Assembly: GCA_041653795.1 (NCBI GenBank)
Contig: JBAZER010000004.1
Coordinates: forward strand, 8,493-72,492
Source of the DNA: Candidatus Omnitrophota bacterium
GTDB lineage: Bacteria > Omnitrophota > Omnitrophia > Omnitrophales > Aquincolibacteriaceae
Direction of reading: 5' to 3'
Length of the DNA stretch: 64,000 nucleotides
Numbering within the stretch: position 1 is the first letter of the stretch; each line of letters starts with the position of its first letter. The notes beneath the pieces are model-generated. The model saw nothing but the letters and a program-made list of their open reading frames with translations. It searched no databases and was not told the origin of the DNA. The position numbers and the translations under genes are program-made. Shown in pieces: positions 63,578-64,000 of this stretch.

Positions 63578-63798
63578 CGCGCCAAATCCCCTCAGGTTCA
63601 CGAAAAGATTACTCCTTCCCCGTATGGGAATCAAACAAAAAAGCCTGACTGGCAATTCCCGGTATTTGTAGAGAGAACAAAGTAAAATTTCTCAAGATTT
63701 TGAGACGCGCTCGAAGAAAAAAATTGGGGTGTGACCCCGATTTTCGGTCTGCGGGACTCCGACAGCTGCCTCCGCCAAGGCCTCATGGGCGAGCAAAG

Positions 63799-63838
63799 CC
63801 GAACGCGCGAGTGAATCCCGCCTCGCTGGCGGCGGGAT
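63799..63838 (-). repeat. family H hairpin (reverse orientation)
   Basis: The reverse complement reads ATCCCGCCG-CCAGCGA-GGCGGGAT-TCACTCGCGCGTTCGG. Confidence 0.5.
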
Positions 63839-64000
63839 GAACGTCGGCGAGGAATCTCTGAGAAATTTTGCGGACTTTGCTATAGAAAAAATGGAAATTG
63901 CCAGAGAAAGCCTGAGGGCCTGAGAAAAGTAAGGACCAAAAGAACAGCTTGTAAAGAAGGTTAACGCGACTTGCGGAAGGCGGGAGCGATATAGCCGCGG

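Noticed and set aside
63961-64000. Possible 3' end of a minus-strand gene at the window edge (..GYIAPAFRKSR*)
   Set aside because: Only 13 codons are visible, which is too short to support a call.

Overview
Bacterial chromosomal window, roughly 50-55% GC by eye; the taxon cannot be determined from the sequence alone. Most of it is conserved housekeeping: tpx-queF; a sulfur amino-acid cluster (rrf2-metY-yezD-OMP-cysK-metX-metW); RNA-modification genes (pseudouridine synthase, trmB, rlmD-like); a complete F1Fo ATP synthase operon (atpZ-BEFHAGDC); metal and fluoride transport genes; queH, ftsK and dut; the nusA-infB-rbfA-truB-ribF-rpsO-pnp block; tsaB-alr-birA-coaX; a CIRCE-preceded groEL-groES-groEL cluster; and a CHASE histidine kinase with a response regulator. 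Between about 17.3 and 28.8 kb lies an accessory, defence-island-like region. It holds a class II Fic protein, two DUF1016N-SNase fusion nucleases plus a third 3' remnant, a SAM methyltransferase, a degenerate duplication of small membrane genes, HEPN/MNT and AbrB. The standout is a ~3.3 kb low-GC block encoding a reverse transcriptase followed after a 2-nt gap by a family A DNA-polymerase-like protein. I cannot match this RT+PolA pairing to any characterised RT system (retrons, Abi RTs, DRT types, group II introns, DGRs). The second striking property is saturation by at least nine families of short palindromic repeats or MITEs. One is a 100-bp MITE present in three identical copies with 5-bp target duplications. 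Such elements repeatedly sit in frame inside conserved genes (tpx, trmB, rluA-like, radical SAM, GT2, rbfA, ribF and a membrane protein). No rRNA, tRNA, CRISPR array, integrase or transposase gene was recognised. All calls rest on motif recognition by eye; no database search was run.
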